Assembly: GCA_043805415.1 (NCBI GenBank)
Contig: JAZDHZ010000007.1
Coordinates: 93,786 to 157,785, forward strand
Origin: Candidatus Omnitrophota bacterium
GTDB lineage: Bacteria > Omnitrophota > Gorgyraeia > B26-G9
Direction: 5' to 3'
Length of the DNA stretch: 64,000 nucleotides
Numbering within the stretch: the stretch's first letter is position 1; the number at the start of each line of letters is the position of its first letter. A model generated the notes under the pieces. The model was not told where the DNA came from. It saw only the letters and a program-made list of their open reading frames with translations, and made no database searches. Position numbers and translations under genes: made by a program. Positions 1 to 8,100 of this stretch are shown here, piece by piece.

Positions 1-580
1 TTTCGATTCTTAAGGCCCGGCTGGAATTATTTTTCGGCGAGTTCTGAATTAACAACTGTCCGTGAAAAAGATTTTTAAAAACTATTCCCGCCAAGCCGCT
101 CTCTGGTTCCAGGCCGAATACTTTGGCTTTGGGATCAGCGAGAAAAACCCCCTGCCAGACATTATTCATCTCCGGGAAAACCCCTTTTTCCGCTTCACTG
201 AACCATTGCTCATAAGCATCCTTAAACATTATTCCGCTAAATGACTTTGTGATTGCTAATGGTTCTTTAACATCCAAATAAACCACCCAGCCAAAACCAT
301 TGTCAATTTTACTTATCTGCCAAAGCACTCTCAGCGGTAAATCCTCCCAATCAATGGTAATATGCAGAATATCTTGTTTTTCTTCCACCTGCCATATTCC
401 GCTGCTTGTATCATGCCAAGTCCCATTAATTAAAAAAGCCGTATGCAGGCCCAGATCATTGCTGCTCTTTGTTTTCTGATAATAAACCTGGATTTGTTTA
501 TCAGCAATAACCAGCCTGGACATGGAATTAACAAATTTATGTTTATTCAGCTTGGCGATAATTTTTTTTAATATCAGCAT
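1..580 (-). CDS. Hypothetical protein, 3'-partial (runs off window start). It is a stand-alone copy of the ~220-aa module repeated in the C-terminal extension of the Wzt-like ATPase.
   Basis: Absent from the supplied ORF track because it has no stop in the window. Manual check: the minus-strand frame (plus triplets starting at 2,5,8...) has no TTA/CTA/TCA from 2 to 580. ATG at 580-578 with GGAG (plus 588-591) 7 nt upstream. The translation MLILKKIIAKLNKHKFVNSMSRLVIADKQIQVYYQKTKSSNDLGLHTAFLINGTWHDTSSGIWQVEEKQDILHITIDWEDLPLRVLWQI... follows the same pattern as the ATPase repeats (e.g. RIRLFYDRKELTNGLCLYTAMKTKDYWFDSSQLLLQL...). Confidence 0.6.
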   Translation of the reverse strand, partial: MLILKKIIAKLNKHKFVNSMSRLVIADKQIQVYYQKTKSSNDLGLHTAFLINGTWHDTSSGIWQVEEKQDILHITIDWEDLPLRVLWQISKIDNGFGWVVYLDVKEPLAITKSFSGIMFKDAYEQWFSEAEKGVFPEMNNVWQGVFLADPKAKVFGLEPESGLAGIVFKNLFHGQLLIQNSPKNNSSRALRIE

Positions 581-602
581 AATAATTCTCCAACTTTTTC
601 AG

Positions 603-721
603 TCAATAGCTAATAGTCAATGGCTTATAGTTAATAGTTATGAATTACAAGTTATTAGTTTCTAGCTCTTAGCCTGCGGCCGTTTAATTCTTACCATTAG
701 CTATGAGCTATAAGCTTTACT
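603..721. repeat. Degenerate tandem heptanucleotide array (about 17 units, consensus YTNNTAG / CTANTAG) in the intercistronic spacer
   Basis: Read directly in 7-nt register from 603: tcaatag ctaatag tcaatgg cttatag ttaatag ttatgaa ttacaag ttattag tttctag ctcttag cctgcgg ccgttta attctta ccattag ctatgag ctataag ctttact. It shares a near-identical 20-mer (agttatgaattaYaagttat) with 34836..34860. Confidence 0.75.
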
Positions 722-1729
722 CTATTCGCTATCAAAATGACAACTAACCACTAAATGACAATTCCTCCGGCAATTATTTATCTGTTCAATATGCTTATCC
801 ATCTGTTCCGACAGACAAATCCGCTCCAGATTCTGCTTATTTTTTATATTATCGATTATTCCCAGCATCTGGCATTTTGACACATTTCCCGCAGGATCAA
901 TATTCAAAACATTGGCCTGAGCCAAATTACATCTATTGCTTTTAATAAAACTCACGGCATCAAAGAAATATTTTTTAAAAATTTTTAACTGGCCAATGCT
1001 GTCCGCGATTTTATAGCCCTGAGATTTAAACTCAATCAGCTGATTGATTATTCGCTCGATTTCCGGCTTATCGTTTGGCCAAAGGCTCTGATATTCATCA
1101 GACTGAAACCAATACTGATCAGCAGCTTCACTATAAGAAAAAGGCTGGGCTATGGCCTGAAAATTAATATACGCTAAGCGCTTGTCATTTTCCACCCACC
1201 GCGTCAGCTCAATTATATCCAAAAGATTAATCCCGCTGATCACAGTATTAATCCCGATACAAATATCCGGATTACTCTCAGCAATATTTTCAATTGCCTG
1301 TAGAACATGTTCCAATGCCCCGGGTTTGCCTCTGAGAAAATCATGAGTTTTTGGATTTAAACTATCCAGCGAAAAACAAATAAACTTTAAGCCAGAGGCA
1401 GCGATATTCGCTGCGATTTGTTTACTTACATAAAACCCATTGGAAATTAGCTGAATTTGAAGCCCTAAACCAATACCGTGTTTTATTAAATCAAATATAC
1501 CAGCGCGCAGTAAAGGTTCCCCCGGTCCGGAAAAATTAACAATACACTTACCGCGGTCCACAAATTCACTGATTTGCTCTAAAACATTCTTCCATTGTTC
1601 GATGGAAAGAATATTATCCGCGGTTAAAGGACTATCCTGCCAAAATTTGCACATCTGGCATTGAAAATTGCACTCATAGGCAATGCCCAAATCGCAATAT
1701 GTTAATTTTATATTATCTATTTTTTCCAT
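722..1729 (-). CDS. Radical SAM / SPASM-like domain protein (paralog 1 of 4)
   Basis: CxxxCxxC cluster motif C-NFQ-C-QM-C near the N-terminus. Also the GGEPLL-type 'SGPGEPLL' and 'SLDSLNPKTHDFLRGKPGALEHVLQAIENI'. C-terminal Cys-rich region (CNL...C..C..CRRNC..SC) consistent with an auxiliary Fe-S (SPASM/twitch) domain. Confidence 0.85.
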   Translation of the reverse strand: MEKIDNIKLTYCDLGIAYECNFQCQMCKFWQDSPLTADNILSIEQWKNVLEQISEFVDRGKCIVNFSGPGEPLLRAGIFDLIKHGIGLGLQIQLISNGFYVSKQIAANIAASGLKFICFSLDSLNPKTHDFLRGKPGALEHVLQAIENIAESNPDICIGINTVISGINLLDIIELTRWVENDKRLAYINFQAIAQPFSYSEAADQYWFQSDEYQSLWPNDKPEIERIINQLIEFKSQGYKIADSIGQLKIFKKYFFDAVSFIKSNRCNLAQANVLNIDPAGNVSKCQMLGIIDNIKNKQNLERICLSEQMDKHIEQINNCRRNCHLVVSCHFDSE

Positions 1730-1760
1730 TTTCTATTTTCTTTATGTTCTTGTGTCTTGT

Positions 1761-1780
1761 GGCCACGTCACGCCGTGGCC
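1761..1780 (-). other. GC-rich intercistronic hairpin (7-bp stem, 6-nt loop)
   Basis: ggccacg(1761-1767) tcacgc cgtggcc(1774-1780) is a perfect inverted repeat lying between rSAM paralogs 2 and 1. No U-tract follows on the minus strand, so it is not called a terminator. Confidence 0.4.
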
Positions 1781-1803
1781 CTACTATTCGCTATACGCTG
1801 CTT

Positions 1804-2838
1804 TCAATCTTCTTCAAAAAAACAATTGATTAAAAAATGACAGTTTTTCTTACAAGCTTTTATATTCTGCCTGATTATTCCGGCTTTTTCCGAGTTCCAG
1901 ATTATATTTATATCCTCCATCAGACGGATATCTCCGATCGGCTCAAAAGCAAAACAATGATAAATCAGTCCGATGGAACTGATATGTATTGCTTTATCCA
2001 TATTACAGCTGGTTTTTTTCACAAAGCTATCTGGATCGGATAAATACTGTTTCATTGCCTTTAGCTGAGCAATACCGTTATTTATTTTATAGCCTTTAGC
2101 TTTTAATTCTATTAACTGATCAAACAATTCACTGACCCGCTGATTGTTTTTCGGCCATAAAAACCCGTATTTGCCCTTCCACCAGTGTTCTTCCGGCAAA
2201 GTATTATTCGGCTGCATCGGCACAGTCAAAGACACATCTTTGATTTTGGGATTATCATTTACCCATTGCACCAGCTCAATTATCCCAGAATAATTCTGTT
2301 CATAAATCACACTGATCAGGGCTATTTCAATATCCGGCGCGAAACAATGCAGATTATCAATCGCCCGCATCAGCTGCGCGTAAACTCCCTCCACTCCCCG
2401 CAAATAATCATGGGTCTGCCTGTCCATGCTATCCAATGATAGTTTTATAGTTTTTAAACCTGATGCTGCCAAACGTTCGGCAGTATTCTGATCAATTAAA
2501 TATCCATTGGAGACTAAATTTGTGCGCAGTCCGGCTTTATCCGCTGCCGCGATCAGAGCGTAAATATCTTTATGCAGCAAAGCCTCTCCTCCGCCGAAAT
2601 TCAGCACAAAATCCTTGCTCACTATTTTTTTTAACTGATTAAGTAAACTCGCATACTGGCTAAGCGTGGGGAAGCAATCAGCCGCGGTATTTTTAATAAA
2701 AATATCCGGCTGCCATTTATAGCACATCTTACATTTAAGCATGCACTGATCAGTAATCCCTAAAGAAGCGAATTCCGCTTTTTCGCTTATTCGCGCCTGT
2801 TTGATTTGTTCCGGGCTATTATTTAACATATTCTTCAC
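1804..2838 (-). CDS. Radical SAM / SPASM-like domain protein (paralog 2 of 4)
   Basis: CxxxCxxC = C-MLK-C-KM-C. Also 'GGGEALL', 'SLDSMDRQTHDYLRGVEGVY' and the C-terminal Cys cluster (CNMD...C...CKKNC..NC). The start overlaps the stop of the upstream paralog (2819..2838), suggesting translational coupling. Confidence 0.85.
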   Translation of the reverse strand: MKNMLNNSPEQIKQARISEKAEFASLGITDQCMLKCKMCYKWQPDIFIKNTAADCFPTLSQYASLLNQLKKIVSKDFVLNFGGGEALLHKDIYALIAAADKAGLRTNLVSNGYLIDQNTAERLAASGLKTIKLSLDSMDRQTHDYLRGVEGVYAQLMRAIDNLHCFAPDIEIALISVIYEQNYSGIIELVQWVNDNPKIKDVSLTVPMQPNNTLPEEHWWKGKYGFLWPKNNQRVSELFDQLIELKAKGYKINNGIAQLKAMKQYLSDPDSFVKKTSCNMDKAIHISSIGLIYHCFAFEPIGDIRLMEDINIIWNSEKAGIIRQNIKACKKNCHFLINCFFEED

Positions 2839-3841
2839 TTTCGTTAAAGTTGCAGTTAACCAATGACTGACAGTTTTTTCGGCACAATTTTATCTCAGCG
2901 CGCGCCTGTTCTGCGCTCTGACTAAACCAGAGCTCACTGATCCTATTGCTTTTTATATTTCCGATTGCCTGTTTATCAAAGCATATATGCACGTCTCCGG
3001 TAGGCGTAATATTCAGTGCCCGCAGATCAAGATGACAATGATTTTGCTTTATAAAATCATTGGGCTGGGAAAAATATTTACTGAATACGGCAAACTGATC
3101 TTCCGGGTTTTCCAGCACAAAATCCGCGCGCAAATCAGAGCTGTTTTTAAGTTTTGCCAATTGGCACATTGTCTGCCGCACACAATCCTGATCATTGGGC
3201 CATAAAAAAGCGTATTCTGGTTTTTCATACCATTTATCATCAAACTCAGTATTGAACGGCTGGGTAATCGCCTGATAGCCTATGCCGTGAATGCGTTTAT
3301 CTTTATTGGCCCAAAGCGCGACTTCCACCGCGTCTTTGATATTATAACCGGATATTGTGGTTGTAATATCAATAATTATCCGCGGCGCGTATTTAGCCAG
3401 GCTTGCTATAGCCGCCGCAACTTTGTCAAAACTGCCGGGCTTACCGCGGAGAAAATCATGCGTCTTGGGATTAGCTGAATCCAGAGATATGGTTATCTGG
3501 TTTAATCCGGCTTTGGCTAAATCCTCAGCCATCAGGTCATCGAGCAGATAAGCATTTGTTGCCAGCAAAGTCTCAAAACCCTGTTCACGCGCCCAGCTGA
3601 TCAGTTCAATGGTTTCTTTTCTCAGCAAAGGCTCGCCTCCGGCAAAATTAATCCGCGGTTTTTTGGCCAGGCACATCTGCCCCAGATCAGTTATAAACGC
3701 TTTCCACTGGGTAATTGAAGGCTCCCGCGGATCTCTATATTCCACGGAATTATGCCATTTAAAGCACATCTTACAGCGCATAAAACAGCTCTCAAGTAAA
3801 GCAATACAGCAATATGTCGGTAATTTTTTGTTTTCATTCAT
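2819..3841 (-). CDS. Radical SAM / SPASM-like domain protein (paralog 3 of 4)
   Basis: CxxxCxxC = C-FMR-C-KM-C. Also 'AGGEPLL', 'SLDSANPKTHDFLRGKPGSF' and the C-terminal Cys cluster (CHLD...C...CRKNC..NC). Confidence 0.85.
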   Translation of the reverse strand: MNENKKLPTYCCIALLESCFMRCKMCFKWHNSVEYRDPREPSITQWKAFITDLGQMCLAKKPRINFAGGEPLLRKETIELISWAREQGFETLLATNAYLLDDLMAEDLAKAGLNQITISLDSANPKTHDFLRGKPGSFDKVAAAIASLAKYAPRIIIDITTTISGYNIKDAVEVALWANKDKRIHGIGYQAITQPFNTEFDDKWYEKPEYAFLWPNDQDCVRQTMCQLAKLKNSSDLRADFVLENPEDQFAVFSKYFSQPNDFIKQNHCHLDLRALNITPTGDVHICFDKQAIGNIKSNRISELWFSQSAEQARAEIKLCRKNCQSLVNCNFNESEEYVK

Positions 3842-3865
3842 GGAACTTTGTATCCTTGCAACTAG

Positions 3866-3968
3866 CTTATTCCTCGGTCTAGAATCAATTATTTCTGCTC
3901 ATTCTCGCCTTACATCCTGTAAGGCTCCGAGGATAAATCTCTGATTTTGCCAGTCCTAACAAAATCAG
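3866..3968 (-). other. Structured intergenic element (three nested/adjacent stem-loops) between rSAM paralogs 4 and 3
   Basis: Outer imperfect stem ttattcctcgg(3867-3877)/ccgaggataa(3927-3936). Inner perfect hairpin gccttaca(3907-3914)-tcc-tgtaaggc(3918-3925). Adjacent hairpin ctgattttg(3941-3949)-10 nt-caaaatcag(3960-3968). Confidence 0.4.
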
Positions 3969-4084
3969 GCTTTAAACCCGCAAAATAATTATTCTAGCCC
4001 TTTTTACTTTATCCTTTTTACTTTTTACTTCCATCTGTGTTCATCGATATTTTTTATTAGTGTTTATCACAAAAGCTTCTGCTT

Positions 4085-5125
4085 TTACTTTTCAAATTTA
4101 CAGTTAAGCAGGAAATGACAATTTTCCCGGCAATTATTAATTTCTTTTCGCACTAAATCCGCTTTTACGCTCTGCCACATTTCCCGCACTGATTTTTCCC
4201 GCACATCTCCCAAGCATTGATGGCGGTAACACATAAACATATCTCCTACAGAGCTGATATGAATCGCGTGATCAATATTACAGCTGCTCTGCTTCACATA
4301 GGTATCAGGATCAAGCAAATAGGTTTTAAACGCCTGGATATGCTCAATGGGATTACTAATCTTATAGCCTTTTGTTTTCAGCTGAATAAGCTGATCTAAA
4401 ACCGCTTCCGCCTGTTTATAATCCTTAGGCCATAGTTCATTAAACGCCGGGTCTTTCCACCACTGGGTTTGAAGTTCCGTATTATTTGGCTGCATCAGCA
4501 CCATCAGATAAATCATATTGATTTTATTATTTTCCTGAACCCAGTTAACCAGATCAACCATTCCGCCCAGCGTGGGCTGCATAATAATCGAGCAAATACT
4601 GATCTGGATATTAGGCGCGTACGCGTGCACCAGATCAATCGCGTTCATAACCTTATCATAAACCCCGTCAACTCCGCGCAAATAATCATGGGTTTTTCTA
4701 TTAAGACTGTCCAAAGAAATATTGATATAATCAAGCCCGCTGTCGCGCATCTTCTCAACCATTGGTTTATCCACAATGAAGGCATTGGTGGCAATATTGG
4801 TTTTAAACCCCAGTTCATGACAGAACTTAACCAGATCAAACAGCCATGGCACTGTAGTGATTTCTCCTCCCCCGAAATTAATAATAAAATCATTGGGCGC
4901 GATTTTACGCAAAGAAAGAGCGCTCTGTTTCCAGTCGTCAAGCCCCAGCTGTCTGCGATCATCTTTAATGTAAATATCCTGTTTCCACTTTTGACACATT
5001 CTGCAGCCCAGCATGCAATCATCGCAAATACTAAAGCAGCAAAATGTCAGTTTCGGGATCTGGCTGATATTTTCCTTTCTATTAGTAATATTATTCATTA
5101 TTAATCTCCGTAATTGTTTTAACAT
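4085..5125 (-). CDS. Radical SAM / SPASM-like domain protein (paralog 4 of 4)
   Basis: CxxxCxxC = C-MLG-C-RM-C. Also 'SLDSLNRKTHDYLRGVDGVY' and the C-terminal Cys cluster (CNID...C...CRENC..NC). An alternative, better-supported start is the ATG at 5098 (MNNITN...) with GGAG 7 nt upstream. Confidence 0.85.
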   Translation of the reverse strand: MLKQLRRLIMNNITNRKENISQIPKLTFCCFSICDDCMLGCRMCQKWKQDIYIKDDRRQLGLDDWKQSALSLRKIAPNDFIINFGGGEITTVPWLFDLVKFCHELGFKTNIATNAFIVDKPMVEKMRDSGLDYINISLDSLNRKTHDYLRGVDGVYDKVMNAIDLVHAYAPNIQISICSIIMQPTLGGMVDLVNWVQENNKINMIYLMVLMQPNNTELQTQWWKDPAFNELWPKDYKQAEAVLDQLIQLKTKGYKISNPIEHIQAFKTYLLDPDTYVKQSSCNIDHAIHISSVGDMFMCYRHQCLGDVREKSVREMWQSVKADLVRKEINNCRENCHFLLNCKFEK

Positions 5126-5128
5126 TAA

Positions 5129-8100
5129 TCATTCCTTATCCTTATTAACTTTAATCTTTATCTTAAATTCAATTTTCTTATCCTGAACAGTAATATTTTT
5201 AGTTTTGCTTAATATTACCCGGCTATTATGATTCTCATCCGTATCTTTAATAATATTATCCCAATCAACACTGCACCAAGCTTCCCAGCTAATTTCCGGC
5301 AATTTACTGTTTTCCGCGAAAACTTTCATCTTATTCTTAGACTCAGCGACCTGACGCCAAACATCCGGATTGCTCCGCGGCGCGAACATCCCGAATTTCC
5401 GGGGATGTTCAGATACCTGCCAATTAACAAATTCTTTGTTCAGCATTATTCCCACGGCTATATCTTCAATCAGCGCAGGATCCAACTCGAAATAAATCCG
5501 CCATAATATTTCATTATCATCACCGTATTCAATTTCCTGAGTATGAGCGATTAAACAGTCTGCTTTGAATTTCAGCCGGATCATATCAGCGGTTTTATCA
5601 AGCTGTAATAATAACTGGGATGAATCAAACCAGTAATCTTTTGTTTTCATGGCTGTATACAGGCATAAGCCGTTAGTCAGCTCTTTGCGGTCATAGAACA
5701 ATCTTATTCTAGCCTGATCCAAGACAAGTTTAATTCTGCCTTTGTTCAGTTCCTTTAGCGGCAAAGTTTTTTTCTGAACACAATTATGGTTAAAATCATT
5801 AATTTTTTTCTCTTCCGAAGAAAGCAGAATATTTGCTTTAAATATTTCATGCTTACCGGGTTCAAGAACAAATGCCTGTTCCGCGAGCAAACGTTTAACT
5901 CCCAAAACAATAATCTCTTTGTTCGCTGGCTTAAATATCTGCAGCAGCCATTGCCCCATATCAGCTAAAGGAGCAAAAGCAATTTCCGCTGACTGTTCCG
6001 CGGCTAAATCAGTTTGTTTTAAAACAATATACCGGCTGCGGTTGTCGATAAGGTCTATGGCTTGAAATCCCTGGTCATGATCATTTAAAGCGATTACTCC
6101 CTTACCTAGTTCGCTCAGCCAATGCCGAAAAACTTTGGGTAAAAACATATTTATTGTCAGCGCGTATATTGCTGTTTGTTCTAAAACTTCCAGTTCCACG
6201 ATCCAGGAAATATATCCCGCTTTTTCCTGTAAATACCAGTTCTGGACAAGGAGGGGATTATTATATGTAATTTTAATAAAAAGCGTATGCGGATCCTGTT
6301 TTTTAATCTGCCAGTGCCCCTGGAAAGAATCAAATTCATCATAAGCGCTGACGATTACTGCCAAACCGCAGTCAGCGCTGATCAGCTTATTTTGATAATA
6401 AAGTTCTGTTTTTTGCTGCTTGGCTGTTAATCGGCAAGTCTCTGAACAAACTATAGAAAAATCTTGTTCGCAGTATTCATCTATTCCCTTTTGCCAGGAT
6501 TCCGGATCAACGATATCAAGTTCGGCGCTAAAAACCGGCTTCTGATCGTTTAATTCTCCGGGGTTTAATTTAGCCTGAAACTGCAGGTTCCTTGAACGAT
6601 TTGAATACTGCAGCAAGGGAGTATAAGCAAACTCGCTTAAACTATTATGCTTAAACAGCACGGCGCAGCCGGCATCATCAGTACAGGCTCCCAGCAAACA
6701 GCTGTTTAATTCTGTAAGGTCAATAAGCTTGATTTCCTGCGCGTCATTGCTGAACCTATTTTTTTCATACGCATTAATCCACTGCCGGAATCGCGGATTT
6801 AGTATGATTCCCACTTTATATTCAAAAGCATCATTTAATTCAAGCGGGTCTAAATATACATTCCAAATAAGGCTATGCTGTTTTAATTCAATCCGCCAAG
6901 ACTCTTTTACCTTGGGAAATTTTCTCTGAATGCTTACCAGCAGATAATTATCTTTTTTTTCAATTTTTTTGGCCACACCATGCGATTCATACCAGCGCTT
7001 ATTTAAAAATATTCCGCTGCTAAACCCGGCTAAAGCCGCCGTAATCTCGGTCTGTCCGAAAAATAAACGAATCCTGTCTTGGCCGCAATCAATACGCAGC
7101 GAGTCATTGCCCAGGAGATTAGCGGAATTAAATTTATCTCTTTGCTTGGCAATAAACCGCTGTTTTTCCTCAGACTGTTCAATAACCATCATTCGGCAAT
7201 TAATTGACGCGCTGTCCTGACTGCTGATCCGAATCCGCCGGGTACTTAGTTCCTGGCGGCAATTATACAGATCAATCCGGGCATTATCATCCGCCTCGGC
7301 AATAAAATGCTTATCCTGCCGCGCCTTACTGCTTAAGCCGACAAACCCGCATTTATTATGTTTTAAAATAACCTTTTCGTCAAACTCAATCGCGGGTAGA
7401 AAATCATTTTCCTGAGTTAATTCAAAATACGAATCATAATCATCAGTCAGATCAGCGTCGATCCAGATTAAGCTCTGGCTCTGTTCTAGGCTTTGCCCAT
7501 TTTTCAGCGACATTTTAAGCAATAATTCCTTGCCGGTTAAAATTAAATTTAATCTTACCTGAATCTGTTGCGTAAAAAATTCAGAATCAACCGCGAATTC
7601 CGCCTCACTGATCTTTGTGATTTTCCATTTTCCCTCAAATATATTATAAACATGATTTTGCTGTTTAAATCCGCAAACCAGTCCAAAGCCTTTGCTTATT
7701 TGTTCTGTTCCGTTAAAAAGCTGAAAACTTTTTTCTTCCAGCTTAAGCGTTAAACTATCTTTGCTGATGCGGATTTTTTCCTGCTGCTGCCTGAGCTTTT
7801 GTTCCAGCTGTTTTTTATCCAGCAGCTGAATCAGGGTTTTACATACCGCGCTTTGTTTCTGGTCTAAGAAAACATGCGTTTGGATAATATTTGCCGCGAA
7901 ACCTTCCTGGCGCTGGATCAAACCAAAACCGCGCTGCTGGTCGATATTAAAATTCGCCCAGACCGCGGGGATATCCGAATCAGCCGCGGACAATACCAGT
8001 AAAGCCTCCTTCTGGTCAGTACGATACAAATCCTGGCATTGCTCAGTGGTAAAATTTTCCGCGGCCCGCATAGGTTTTATTTTATCCGCGTCCAGATAAT

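Noticed and set aside
62-244. 60-aa plus-strand ORF from the track
   Set aside because: It lies entirely antisense to a longer, RBS-preceded, homology-supported minus-strand ORF (1..580). It has no recognisable motif.
603-721. Possible CRISPR array or other spacer-repeat structure in the repetitive spacers
   Set aside because: The period is 7 bp with no unique spacers and no 25-40-bp repeats, and there are no cas genes in the window. It is therefore not CRISPR.
4469-5104. 211-aa plus-strand ORF, and the many similar plus-strand ORFs (e.g. 21734..22228, 42510..42983, 57346..57756, 60012..60419, 61597..62001)
   Set aside because: All are shadow ORFs antisense to minus-strand genes with clear domain signatures. 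Their translations are low-complexity and Ile/Phe/Leu/Ser-rich, with no motifs or RBS.
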